Below are positions 37,292 through 50,326 of a stretch of DNA of 64,000 bases, one piece after another. Position 1 is the stretch's first letter, and every line of letters begins with the position of its first letter. A program made the position numbers and the translations under genes. This stretch comes from Phoronis australis (Eukaryota > Animalia > Phoronida), in NCBI GenBank assembly GCA_002633005.1, contig NMRA01000099.1:62001-126000 (forward strand). The letters run 5' to 3'. The notes below the pieces were generated by a model. The model searched no databases, was not told where the DNA came from, and was given only the letters and a program-made list of their open reading frames with translations.

Positions 37292-38180
37292 CTATGAGAA
37301 AAGACAGATTGATAATGTTTAGCAAGCTCCAGAGGTCGAAACAGTAGGTCTTCACTAATTTAGCCCACAATGTGACTGACATGTGAAATCCTGTTTTGTC
37401 AAATTCCTCCACAAACATAACTATCAAGAGAATTTAAGTCTAATACTGGCATGCTTTCTACTGAGTAAATGTCACAAAACAACATTTGGTAAAAATGAAG
37501 ATAGTTGCTGATTATATATTTGTAATACATACAATGTCCAACATTCCAATGATAAATGTCTCCACCATCATTGAGGAACTAGTAAACTCGCAAAAGGAAC
37601 ACAAATAATCAAGAGCAACTGAAAACAGTCCAACACCAGTACCAGCTGTAAATACACAAATGACCAAAACTATCCCCAATGGGTGAGCTCAGTAGAGCCC
37701 AGATTGTCATTCAAAGACACTGCAGCAGTCAGCTAAACAATGGCAAGACTCTCTTTGATGGACAACCTAAACTTATTCACATAACTATGAAGAAGGGCAG
37801 GATTAGTATGTGCTGGCACCTACAGCTTTACATGAAAATTGGACGGAGATTTTAGCAGTGGAATTTCACAGCACTTTTTTAATTCTTTGCTATCACCATG
37901 CCATCAAATCACCAAATGTTGTACACTGGCAATTTTGATTGATCATAATTTATCAGAAGATTTTCTATTTGAATTCACATCAACCATTTCTATGAATTCA
38001 TGGGAATGGTACAAAATCAGATAAATGAATGATAAAAATTCAAGTGTAACAATTGATACCTATCAATGGAAATGGGCGAATTCCAATGCTTCAATGTTTG
38101 CCCAGGCTTGTAAACATAAAAATTAAATGTGATAAAGAAATATTGCAATGCGCAAGCCAAGTGTTACAAACTGTACGTAC

Positions 38181-38293
38181 CGTAATATATATCGGCCTGT
38201 GTTTTAAACCATGGTGAGTGTGTTGGATCAGTTGCGAGGGCGTGTGCCATGAGAATATTGACACAGTCTGTCAAGGTGGGCACATTGACCGAA
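38181..38293 (-). CDS. INTS8: INTS8 exon
   Basis: ttcag|SVNVPTLTDCVNILMAHALATDPTHSPWFKTQADIYY|gtacgt; resembles NPNNHSWLIIQADIYF. Confidence 0.9.
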
Positions 38294-38557
38294 CTGAAGA
38301 AATTAACAAAAAGACATGATAGACAACACTGCAGTTGTACGTAGATTAGTTGTTAGAAAATGACATAAGCTGATTGTAGGTGACTTTTTTGTAAAATCAG
38401 GTTTTTGGGGTATATGCAGTTTAAAGGATTGTAAGTTTTATGAAATGCTGAATTCAAAGATCTCTGCTCCTCTTTGTGAACAAAAGCAAAGATGACTGTC
38501 CTAAGTTAACATAAAGGCAAAAACAAAAAAACAGAAATATAAATTATTAAGAAATAC

Positions 38558-38619
38558 CTTGTAAGAGCTGATGGCCACAAAGAGACAAATTCACTGCAGA
38601 TTTCATAATTACTGTCGTC
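38558..38619 (-). CDS. INTS8: INTS8 exon
   Basis: ttgcag|DDSNYEICSEFVSLWPSALT|gtattt; resembles DITAEHISIWPSSI. Confidence 0.88.
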
Positions 38620-38685
38620 CTGCAAGAAAGTTAATAGAGTACAAAGTGAAATTTGCTCTTTTATTCATGACGATTTAAAGCAACA

Positions 38686-39190
38686 TTAAGGTCTTGTTGG
38701 ACCCTACAAAAATGTTCAAATTTGTCTCACTTTGAAACATCATGTCTCAGAAATGAAAGAACAGGTTCTCGTGAAACTTTCAGACAGATGATTTGTTTTG
38801 GTGCAGTGTTCTCCAAATTGTTTTTGCGAAGTGTTTTTAAAATGTTCTACTTCTACATGAGAAATAAAAAACGTGAATTTCATGACTTTCATGAAAAAAG
38901 CTCAAAGTTGAATAAAATGAAAATGGAAATAATATTTAGAAAACAGTAATGGTGCTTTTTAGATTTCACCTCGAGCGTTTATATGAAATGGAACTTGGCT
39001 ATGTTATTGATACTATTGCTTTGCTATCAATGTATCTTTCTTTTAGTTGAACGATAAAGACATGATCATGTGACCCAATTAACGGCAGCTTAGTATTCTA
39101 CGGGCTTTCTTCTTTCAGAAAATATAACTTGTGCTAAGTTATAGTTTTGTAGATACATGACTAATTCTTAGACTTGTCGATAAGGACCTA
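38686..39190. mobile_element. Kolobok-like MITE; inverted homologue at 44161-44655 and a partial copy at ~60420-60730
   Basis: TTAAGGT start; colinear similarity to the reverse complement of 44161-44655, which ends ...attaaccTTAA. Confidence 0.6.
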
Positions 39191-39355
39191 CATGGCGCCC
39201 ATGCTTTCTGTCAAAAAACTTGTTTTGGGCCACTTCTTGTGTGTAGAATAGCGGATTTGCAGCGACGCCATATTGAAATTAGGTTAAAATGGTGCATTGT
39301 GGGTGCTGTGGTCAGGATTCCGAAAGCGGCCATAGTAACAAGCATAATACGCGGT

Positions 39356-40380
39356 ATGAGCGCGAAGAAAACTTTCGGCGGATACACTTGTTGTGTTCCT
39401 GGCTGCTTCAAAAACAACAAGAGAGATAAAAATCTGAGTTTGTGTGTGTTCCCTGCAAACCAAGAACTTCGTGAAAAATGGATAAACAACATTAGGAGAC
39501 CTGGGAGTAAGGGGAAATTTAGCGCATTCAAACGAACGCGGGGCCATCTAGTAGGCAACACGTAGCCCCTCGGTTGGCCATGTAGGGGCTACAATACTTC
39601 CATTCGCTTTCTGTACTCATTTCGTTACTCCAGTGTATTTTAAACGGGCCGTGACCGGATTTGGGTTACCGATTTCGAGTTTTCACCTCGTCAAAAATAC
39701 ACTCTACACTTAAAACTATCATTTAAAAAACGCTTACTTTCATCATTGGTCCTTTCTACTTCTATACATATCTTTAATGAAGCTTAGTTGTGAGAATTAA
39801 GTTGACTTTGGCGAAGAATTACAACTCCACTTTTTTGGTTGCCGTTAATTTTATCACCGCGTGCGCGATAACTACAAAGCATGTCAACTGAATCCCGTGA
39901 GTTAGGCGCAAGGTTAGACTGAGCGAAGCGCGTGACGCTAGCGCGCGACACTTGTAAAATAGCATGAGAAGGTATCGGGTGAAACTTGTAAGATGTGTGT
40001 CCCTTGGACTTTTTATTCGTCAACATGCGTAATTTCACGTAACTTCCTCAAAATGGCACCCGGTAACCGTGACTGAGAGAAACTCGAACAAACCGCGACA
40101 GATTTTCATCGATTCGTTCAAGTTTTGCTGACTAAATTGTATCCAGAGTCGTGGTATGTGTTAATTATAACTCCGTGTTCCTATATGTATGCCGGGTTCA
40201 TTTGATTTTATTTGCTGTATTTTGAAATGAGTAACTTTTTGTGAGGATGTACTATCGCCCCTGAATGCCTGCGGCATCCAGTGCGATGTAATTGCCTAGG
40301 GGCCATCGTGTGTGCAGCGAACATTTTCCTGGTGGAAAAAAGACTTATGAGAACAACATTCCGACGGAGTTTTCACTTAA
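39356..40380 (+). pseudogene. THAP (C2CH) domain gene split by a 750-bp insertion
   Basis: MSAKKTFGGYTCCVPGCFKNNKRDKNLSLCVFPANQELREKWINNIRR...RGH|insertion|RVCSEHFPGGKKTYENNIPT rejoins into a complete THAP domain. Confidence 0.88.
39549..40298. mobile_element. Non-autonomous DNA transposon with TAGGCAA/TTGCCTA termini and a 9-bp TSD (copy 2)
   Basis: Perfect TSD GGGGCCATC at 39540-39548 and 40299-40307; homologous to 20196-20617. Confidence 0.9.
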
Positions 40381-41033
40381 AATTAACGTCTCTAGCATAT
40401 CCACGACGAAAGCTACAAAAGTTAAGCAACCCAAGAACTCTCAACTTGTCTGAAATAGGAGGAGATAGGAGGAGATTTCGAAATCAACGCCGATAACCCC
40501 AATATTGAACACGGCGACAGTCGTGCTCTCGGTCACACGGTCACTGATCATAGCTACGCTGTGTTTACAAACGAGAGAGAGGACTTGCTTGGTATTATAA
40601 AGCAAAAAATGAAACATGCTTTTTAGTTTGCAAATCACTCCAAATGCACACACTATCCAGCCTGCTCAAGACATGCCTGACCACAAGCTATCCCATGAGC
40701 CTTCGCGAAGGAAGTAACTCGCACATGCGCAATGCGTAGTTCGTCTGCGCTGCAAATCCGCTATTGGTTTTGTGCTATTCCTTGTTGATCTTGGGGATCA
40801 AGGAGAATGGTCTAGACACAGATTGCACCTCCAGCCTGTATACGCTTACACAGAATTACCAATAAAATGAAATAAAATGCACAGGCAGTGAAGAAAGCTG
40901 AGCTTGTCTCCTAATACCAGTAAGCTATCATTAACAACCAAAATCCACCACGAGGTTCCAGCCAGCAATGTCAGCAAAACGTGGACAGGAACAGTACCAG
41001 AATCTGCCAACAGGTGTCAGCAGCGTCACCTAC

Positions 41034-41093
41034 CTTGACCATTCCATAGAGCTTTGTGAGGCAGGATATTAGCAGGGCCAGAGAAACCGGTTG
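41034..41093 (-). CDS. INTS8: INTS8 exon
   Basis: ttccag|QPVSLALLISCLTKLYGMVK|gtaggt; resembles EPLVLTIILSLFVKLHNV. Confidence 0.85.
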
Positions 41094-42401
41094 CTGGAAA
41101 CGATTAAAAGAACCAGTGAAACAGCAAGTTACAGAGCTCAAAAATATCCTTCATACATGTCAACAAATCATAAAAATCATTAAAAATCCACCCTAAAGAA
41201 GTTGAATGTAGGTACACGTATGTCCACGGGGCACTTAAGGAATACAGGAGAAAGTAACAGTAAAGATTCCTCAAATTCCAACAAAAAAATGCCAAAATTG
41301 TCATTTCTCCATTTTTCAAAAGCTCAATGCATTGTTACAATGCCCACACTTTCATCATGAATTTGTTGTTGACAGCTGTACAAAGTAATCCGAAAATAAT
41401 TAAGTAAAGTTTTCTTCCTGTTTATTTTTCTTAAGTTTTCATAAATTAGGTTTCATTGTTACACCATTTTGCATTCTACATTAAAGAAAATTTACAGTAG
41501 AATTTTTCCATTGAAGGCCCTCCCAAAAGCATTTTGACAATTTAAGCAGGACGTGAAGAAATCTGATGCATTCTAAAGTTGAGACAGAACATCTAATACA
41601 CTATTACAGAGAATGCACTTTGATTACAGTGGAATCCATCATACAGTTGTTTTACAAGCACTCTGTAAGAGGTGATTTAGATGGGTATGATCACTTCATC
41701 AAAACATTGAAGACCAATTACAACAATCAAATTCTTTTGAGATGATGCTAGGCAAAATATATTTCAGCCACATTGCTCGATTATTTCAACATCATCCATC
41801 AGTCAATGAATGCAAGCTGAGTTGTTATAAAACTATATTTCATCACACAAGCTATCCATTATTGTTGTTTTATATACCTATATCCTATATTTCTGTACCA
41901 AATTAATGAATTTTAACAGTTAACTAATTACTTAAACCAGTTTGTTTCAAGTTTTTTGTTCTTCTTGTTTCAAAGCTTACGAGCAAAATTAGCAAAACCA
42001 GAACGATTTCCCCTTAATGAACCCAGTCAACAAGATTCTTAGTATTCCGAAATTTGATAAAAAAACGCAATCTGTAAAATTAACATCATTTGTTCAACTT
42101 GGGTGCTTTCTCCGTACAAATCTGATGTACCCAGTCTGGACATACTCGGCAAACTGCAGAAACTTCCGAGGATAGAAAGTTGCTCAATAAACGCAGTGAG
42201 TTTTATAACAAGGAAACCACAGGCAAGCCAAAAATCAATAACAGTGTCCGCACAGTAACCAAACACAGGACATTGACAGTAATTAAATTATAAGTTAATT
42301 GCTCATAAAAGCAAAAACATCACAGAGTGTAAATATTTCATCAGTGACCAACACAGGTCATTGTTTTAACAATAAAACTAACATCCAACTGCATACATTA
42401 C

Positions 42402-42617
42402 CTTGATGGATGGCAGAAACTGTGTGAGTCCTGCAGGGGACATAATTCCCAACTGAGAGTCGCGTGATATTACATTCGAGGTTCCAGAGCTTGAACGCTT
42501 TGTCTGAGCCTGCACTGCGAATATCTGTACAAGAGCATCCCACAGTTCCTTGGCAGGCTTACGACAGGCTTTCATGTCCGGAATTTCCTTGCATGCCTCA
42601 CTTAACAGTCGGCAGAA
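42402..42617 (-). CDS. INTS8: INTS8 exon
   Basis: ttttag|FCRLLSEACKEIPDMKACRKPAKELWDALVQIF...RDSQLGIMSPAGLTQFLPSIK|gtaatg; resembles LLAATCKELP..AKDLWEVVVQI..ESTLGIM. Confidence 0.92.
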
Positions 42618-43544
42618 CTAAAACGTATTTAAATTCACATGATTGGAAAACTGCAAAACATTTGGATTGTTTTCACAGGTTGTGCTTTAAATACGCTAGG
42701 TGGTTGGCATTTTTGCTTTTATTCAAAACGTGGTATGATGAAGTTTCTTTTAAATCTTCCGAAAAAACATAAATGAAATCGTCATTAGTTCTATCTCCCA
42801 AAAACCAACTGCATTCACACTAAAAATGCTCAGGAAGGTGCTCTAAATTGAAGACACTTTATTATCATTTTTTAGAAATACCGTCAGTCAGGTCTTTAAG
42901 CAAATGTCAACTTCTGAGTACAAGACAATAGTAAAGGCGATTACAGGATGATAATGAACTTATACATAAAGGCAAAATTAAACAAACATGGATCCAAAGG
43001 ATTACTACCTTCAAATTGAATGGCATTTTTGACATATTAACACATTTGGAGAACCTAAGTATATAATCATGCATATACATATCTTGTTTTAGGGATGCCT
43101 CCGCTGATATACTAGGATCTAAAATTGAATTTTGGAAGGAAGTATTGATCAACTTTAAAAGATTTTTTAAAGGTCTTCTCAGATTGTGATTCACCTCTGA
43201 ATTAACCATTGCGGTATACTGTACTTCATTAATCCAATCTGATAATAAGCCATAATTAGAATGACACAGAAGTCAGATATATCTACGACTTAATACACAG
43301 TGATGGCATGTTTATTGATTATGAGTAATTTTGTCATCAGTCTTCATTTCGCCCCATGTTCACTACATTTCTAAGAATTCACACGATCTAAATTTAAGCA
43401 TATGATCTGTAGAAATCACTTCATTTAATTAGTAATATTCCAAGTAGACAGAAACTGAGTTGATCATAAATACAAGTATGCAGGTGGCATCTATCAAAAG
43501 TTATCTGCGGCCACTTCACCGAGCAGACGATAAACCAGGAGCAG

Positions 43545-43740
43545 ACGATCAGCTGCGTGGCACTTCCTTGATTTGCAACTGGGTGACTCATATCCCACAA
43601 CTCTATTCAACAATATTCTGGGATGAACACACATGGAGTTTCACTGACCAAAAACGGGTCCATTACGAACCCGCGCTGTGGACTGCCTGATCGGCCAGTC
43701 GGGATACTCGTCGTTATCAGTTTGACAATGAGAAACCGAT
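43545..43740 (+). pseudogene. Possible decayed matrix metalloproteinase pro-domain fragment
   Basis: SIQQYSGMNTHGV...NPRCGLPD (cysteine switch at 43671-43691), followed in another frame by TRRY. Surrounding frames are broken. Confidence 0.4.
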
Positions 43741-45213
43741 GTTAACATAGTCCAGGTCTCTTATTATCTGCTTTTGTCTGATGCTCACGTAATCCAGCAA
43801 TTAAGTTATACACAACTCACCTGACGCTAACCAATAATTAAAAATACTATTTGTAAACGACTTTCAACAAATGTAGTGAAGCAGACGTGTTTTGTGTGAA
43901 ATTCTTTTACCAAAAAAACTCCGAATGGAGTAAAACGGTTAACAATCAGAGAAATTAGACTTAACTTTCACCTGTTGATTCTTTTGTATAACTGTGAACT
44001 TTCACCAGCTTAACCACAGTATTGTGTACCAACAAAAAGGCTTGCGTAATTCTAGATTAGATCATGATAGTAGAAATTTCTTGATTTTTACAGTGCAGGA
44101 GAATTGTACATACTGTAAAGTGAACAGCATAATGAACACAACTAATGGTATTAAGGTCATGAAGGACCTTAATGACAAGTATGGGCAATTAGTTAGAAAT
44201 ACCTAGAAAACTATAGACATGAGCTCGGTATTGGTATTTTCTGAAAGTAGAAATGCACATCGAAATTGGATTTTCAACGTTTTACCATTCTGTAATTAAC
44301 TGGGTCATGTGACCGTGTCTTTTTAGCGAAAAAGAAAGATAAATAGCAAAACAACAATATCAATCATGACATCAAATTTTCTTTGATATAAATGTTCATC
44401 AGGCGAGACATCAAAAACGCTGTTACACTTTCCTAAAATATCATTTCCTTTCTATGAAAATCATAAAAAATACTATTTTTGGATCTTCCCTCACACAAAA
44501 GTGGAACACTTTAAAGACGATTCCAAAACATGTTTTTAAAAACAGAGGATAAAGCATTGTACCTGAAAGTTTCATATGAATCCAATCAGCCATTTCTGAG
44601 ATATGATATTGTGAACTCAGCCACATTTGGCCATTTTTACAGGGTATTAACCTTAACTGAGTTATGTAAAATCATCCAAAAATACTAATTAAATTAAATT
44701 TTTTAACTTGCTTCGCAGAACGTAGTTCCCAAACAACACAAATGTGGAATTTGCATGCCAAGTACTCTACATGCGTATGCCAGATTATAAATTATGGCCA
44801 AATGATTTAGAAATACAAGTAGATACTGCGTTTATGTGAATATAACCTAACGTGGAAGTTGAATCACCAACTTGTGTCCAGTGAGTACCGTGACAATGGT
44901 GGCGGGGAATAACAATACACAGCACGGGTTATGTGTGCCCGCAAATGTACTCATAAAGGAAGGCCAAACATCTGCAGAATTTTCACAATTAAAAATTATA
45001 AAACAACCGCTTCTTTATTAGCATAGCAGTGCTCAACAGTCAGCTTAATGCCAACTCACCAAATGCGATTTTAGTGAATATCACAGTTCGCCAAATGGAA
45101 ACAGGTGGCCAAAACTGAGGTAGAAGTTGCCTACCCCCCAAAAAACCTGCTTTTGTCACTGTCATTAAAAATTTCGCATACCTGTTCCATTCTCCCATAA
45201 ATATACATTATTT

Positions 45214-45341
45214 GCTAGGTATTGCGGTATACATTACCCTAACACAACATATCACAGCTAGGTATTGCGGTATACATTACCCTAACACAACATATCACAG
45301 CTAGGTATTGCGGTATACATTACCCTAACACAACATATCAC
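45214..45341. repeat. 43-bp tandem repeat, 3 copies
   Basis: gctaggtattgcggtatacattaccctaacacaacatatcac(a) starting at 45214, 45257 and 45300. Confidence 0.95.
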
Positions 45342-46711
45342 CGCATCAGACAATGCAAGGCTGCTGCTTTTTCTGTCATCCAACAGGGGTCCCCGCTTCG
45401 CAATGTCTACCAAGTACATAATTTATTCAGATACAATTCCGAGTTGCATTTTTCTTTGTTCACCCTAACTCAATCTAACCGCATTATTCTGACAGAGAAC
45501 TCACAAGATTGGAAACACTAGAAGCACAATTTTTGTCAAACAATTCCATCTTTTTTCTGTTTACTTCTCAGTTGTAATTTGAGCACGTTTGATATGTGCT
45601 GACTGTTGACGGTGGCAAATGCACTGATTTCATGACATAAACGGAACACTTGTGAACCATAGGCATTTCAATCTCGTAGGAAAAATTATATTAATTTAAA
45701 TATTTGGATGTCGGCACAAATTTTGAAGTGAATTTCAGGTGAATTATTGTCCGACTTTGCTACACGTAGTGCTGACTTTGTGGCGACATGGGATTTCTTC
45801 CAGGTCGGCCAACTCAGTCTGAAGTCCCATTAGCGAGCTTCAGGTCGGCAAATCCAGCACTGCGTAGGAGAAAGTAAAAATAGCACTTAGCTAAAGAAAA
45901 ATGTATGCACACCCCTGCTGTTTAGTTCATACTTAACATACTAAGATGACGGAAGAACTTTCTTAAGATATGTCAACAACCTTGATTCAAAGCCAAACAG
46001 GATCTAAAAAATCAAGTTCACATTATTTACCAATGGACATGAGGAAGGTTGCACCAAATTGTGAGAGTACCGGCTCGATATGCATGCTGAGTTCAACCAC
46101 ATGGTATTAACTCTTTGAAATATCATGACACTTCCTGTTCAAAGTGCCATTAAGCAAAAATCCTTCCTACTCTACGTGCCATAAACAAATTACAGTGTAC
46201 TTAGCAAATACGTCATAAAGACAATCAGTTGACTCAGAACTAAATTAATATGATTTTTGCAGCAAACGTGACAAAAAGGTAACTGGTAAGAACAAAGTAA
46301 CACGAAAAGCAGTCGTTCTTGTAAATTATTACACATTAGTGGATCTATCATCATGTTTCTTAACTGAAAAGAGGGTAATCGGCAATTAAGTTTTGCACTT
46401 TCAAGTTAGAGACAAAAGGCTATTATGTAATTCAAAGTATAGCCAGCATGGTTTATTGGTGAAAACAGTATTTTGTAATGTTCCAGAGTAACTTTAATCT
46501 GTAATGTTTATAAATCTGATATTTTCATACCACCCGTGAGTGAATATTTTTCTGGTATTGAGTGAGTCTTCAATGACTTAAACGACAACTTCTGCATAGG
46601 GTTCTTAAACGAGTAGACTTCTGCATTAATGTGTAGTTATGCTTATCAACGCGTACATTTAGTTCTTAAACGAGCATTGTTGCGCTCTTACACTCAGCAC
46701 ACTTTCACTTA

Positions 46712-48445
46712 CAGTAAAAATTCCAGAATTTAGGAGAGCGAAAAAATAATTATTTTGAACCTATCCGAAATTTTAGAAATATTAGGCAATATTGGCTGTC
46801 CGAAATTCAAGAAATATGAGGAAGACGGCAAAATCGATGGTGTCTGAAATCTTTGAATCTATGTGGTCGGCTACCGAGAATGTTTCGATTTACGGTTTCA
46901 GACCGTTTGAACAGCCGTGCAGATTTGTGATTGTTATGACAAGAAATTCGCACGATGTCCTAAAAAATATTAACAGCGATGTTACTGACTCTGAACACAA
47001 TCGACTTACCCAACTCTGAAATATATATGTTGCAGTGTAACGCGCCTCCACTGATTATTTGCAATTTTTGGTGCACAACGTCTTCACGTTAAACTGTTCG
47101 CAAACCAAACACAGACTGCACAGACAATGCAACTGCCGTATATCTAACACTGGTTTTTTTCTTGGGAAGCGCATGCGACATAATAATGAGCCACCTGTCA
47201 CCTGAAGCAGCGTTCCCGTCAACAAGATACATGTAAATAAGGTCCCCGTGGTCTCAGCTCGATTATGTATCCAGGCATTTATTTGACAATTGTAGAACTG
47301 TTGCTTTATGCGACATGGGTATATTCAATTCAATAAAGTGTGGCATTGTTATTCCAGATTACAATTTAACTGAGGTAGAGCCTATGTAGTTCTAACCGTA
47401 ACACACACGTGACTGTTCAAGTAGCTGGCTACAGCGGCATTCCCGTTAGGTTCTTTAACCTTAATTATGCTTTAATATAAAAACGGTTCGTCCCGATAAC
47501 CTCGGCCCTTGTATTCCTGGTACTGCTGTTAAAATTTTGTCTGTCCTATGTTCACTCCGGCCCGATCGCTATGCCGTCCGCTAATTTTCTTTTTATGCAC
47601 GTATGCAGATTTAGGTCGATCTCCACTACGGGCCCAGGTTTCAATTTACAAATCACACAACATGAAAGGGACGGGTAGAAATGGAGCAACTTTGACTAAA
47701 GATTAATAGGTTCACACTCTGTTCTAGCTGGCTTGAAAATTCTTAACTTTGGTGCGAGAGAGTTCAAATATTTTGCTTAGATTACAAAATAGGCTAGTAC
47801 GCATCAATAAAATGTCAGTAGAGAGACATAAAAATATATATACCACATGAGCATTTTTAACGTATACTGTATGACTAACTAAGACATGGATTTTTGCTTT
47901 TCACAAAGTCTGTTTTAACTTGATACTGAACAACATCGTTTCTCCAATTCGGGCGTATGACATAGCGAAGGTTGGGGCGCCAAGAGGAAGGTAAGTGGGC
48001 CGCAGGTTTGTAGAAGCCGTGAATCCAGGATCGACTTGGTAACACAACGGTCTCATCACCCCTGCTTATTAATAAGCTGTTAATCCAAATACAAAGGAGT
48101 GACATACATTTCATTTGCACAGTGAAACCGCTATCAAGCGTGTCAAATACTTTGAGTCTGTGATTACGACTGCCAAGAAAAACGTGCGAAATATACACAA
48201 ACCATCCAAATCAAAAACTATAGACGGCCAAATCAGTCAATACATTACACTGGTGGCAGTTTAAAACAATGTATAAATAATCACCAATCATGCGAGAAAG
48301 TGCACTGTCCGAAATGTTATGGCCAATTTGTCAGAAATTTGAGAAATATGGTGAATACCAAATTTCAGAATAAAAAAATTCAGTTTGGGGTTGAATTTAG
48401 GTGTCTGAAATTCGGGAGACTGTCTTAATTCGGGAATTTTTACCA
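46712..48445. mobile_element. Tc1/mariner-type TIR element (TA target), nested
   Basis: ta|CAGTAAAAATTCCAGAATT ... AATTCGGGAATTTTTACCA|ta (the duplicated copy ends TTTTACCG|ta at 53229). Confidence 0.65.
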
Positions 48446-48753
48446 TAATTAATCAACGCGTAGTTTTACTTAATCAATGCGCACTATTGCTTATTCAATG
48501 CATACCTTAATCAGATCATACAGCACAATCACGCCCATGGGCTCAAAACTCAAAATGACGGAAGACTTTCTACACGGGTGCAAGGCAACTTTTAAGGAAT
48601 GCTGTAGTTGTAGATTCTTTGACAAGTGAAAATGTAAATGATTGCGCCGTTCTGTACTGAATGTAATGTAATGTTGTCTTTGATTGTACACAACGAATAA
48701 CTAATTCAGAACTGAAAATACACAATAGAATAAGCAAAACTATGCGTTGACTA

Positions 48754-50326
48754 CCATACTCGTTAGGGCACTTAAATTGGGAATCTAAAAAAACCAGGGT
48801 TGGGCGGTAAGCCAAGCATGGGCAGTTAAAATTGAAATTTTTTGAATAGTCGGGAGTGGGTGCTTGCTGCACAAAGGACCGATTTTACCCTCACAGAGCT
48901 ACACTGACGTCGGCATGTCAGTTAAAATATACGTCGGCATGTCAGTTAAAATATACGTCGGCATGTCAGTTAAAATATACGTCGGCATGTCAGTTAAAAT
49001 ATACGTCGGCATGTCAGTTAAAATATACGTCGGCAGATTGAAGTAACGGACTTCGTCGGGCTGAAGTGGAATAGCGCACACGATACAGTGGCACCGTGAT
49101 CCCGAGTGTGAATGGGTTTTTACATACCTCGGTCGCTGCTCGTCATGTCTTGGAACTAAGGTATTCTTACAGATAGACTTGCCTTCAGTAGGCAAGTTTC
49201 TTGAGAGAAAAGTAAGGTCACGCAATACTACGCTAGATCGTAATGTATTGCTACAGGAAGCAGGTGATTTTGCAGGCATATGCTGCTGATAGTTACTTTG
49301 GTAACCAAACACGTGCTAATGATTGACAGTCGGTCTTTCTTCTAAATACTTTGAACCTAGTTTAAACAATGTTACATTTTATATACATTGTATACTGCTT
49401 TCTGTGTTGAACAGGCAACACTGACCTCCCAGATGTTCAAAGCACGAGCTCAACAATCGGATGATACTACTATTAGGCAATAGGTGTGGTCAGTCAGCTG
49501 CGAAAATAATGAAGCAAAAACACATCTTGTAAAAAAGCAAAAGCACATCATGCAAAAAGTCAACAAGAAAATCAAGAGTTCAAAAAATAAGTTTTTGACT
49601 ATGTAGATGTGGATAGAATGTTCGACTTGCGCCTAATAACAAATTGATTTCTTGTGCTGTTGCTTTTGGTTGGGCGCTTCCATTTTGGTATCAGGAGTGA
49701 GTCATTAAAAACACGTGTTTTACGAAGACACGGAACAATGGCCCGTATCTGCTTGTATTCAAAACAATGCATCCAAAATAATGTCAGTGGAGTTTCCAAA
49801 ATCATTGTTCATGTACTAGCCGAGTGTGCTCGTATTTTTTTCTTATTTCATTGCTCAAGGTGGTGATGTTTCGTGTATTGTCAGGGGAATCCAGAGAGGT
49901 AGGCCATGAACTTGAAAGACCGCAAGAACCGTTTTGTTGGTTTTTCCACGGCAATGAAATACATTCGACAAGTGCTGTCTCAGTACATGCTGACACCAGT
50001 TCTGCGTGTGAGCCAAAGGAAACAATTGTGTCTACTTTAGTAAAGAGCACGAGAATATGGTTATTTTACCGCCATAGTAAGGCATTTAAGTTCCCGGTTC
50101 TGCTAAAACTGATTAATTGTCATTGAAGGTACGTAAGCGAGTTGCGCATGTTTTGAAATCTTAGTTTTGCGAGACGAACATTCACAAAAGCATACTCTTT
50201 TAAGGTCTCGATCATAAAAAATTGGGGGTGGGCGGTAAGCCGAGTATGGGCGCTTAAAAATGAAAAATTGAAAATTTCGGGGGTGGGCGGTTAGCCGAGC
50301 ATGGGCGGTAACCCAGACGAGTACGG
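48754..50326. mobile_element. pogo/Tigger-like TIR element (TA target), nested; second copy at ~53518-54976
   Basis: ta|CCATACTCGT(T/C)... and ...CCCAGACGAGTACGG|ta; removing it restores the host repeat actatgcgttgacta-agtaaaa. Confidence 0.7.
48907..49035. repeat. 24-bp minisatellite, 5 copies
   Basis: acgtcggcatgtcagttaaaatat x5; only one unit is present at the equivalent site of the duplicate (~53650-53690). Confidence 0.95.

Larger units (their letters stand above)
39247..40765 (+). mobile_element. THAP-bearing TIR transposon (ISL2EU/PIF-Harbinger-like), internally deleted
   Basis: Perfect 18-bp TIRs AATAGCGGATTTGCAGCG / CGCTGCAAATCCGCTATT enclosing a THAP ORF. Confidence 0.85.

Noticed and set aside
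48856-49312. Repetitive ORFs on both strands
   Set aside because: Translations of the 24-bp minisatellite inside a transposon.
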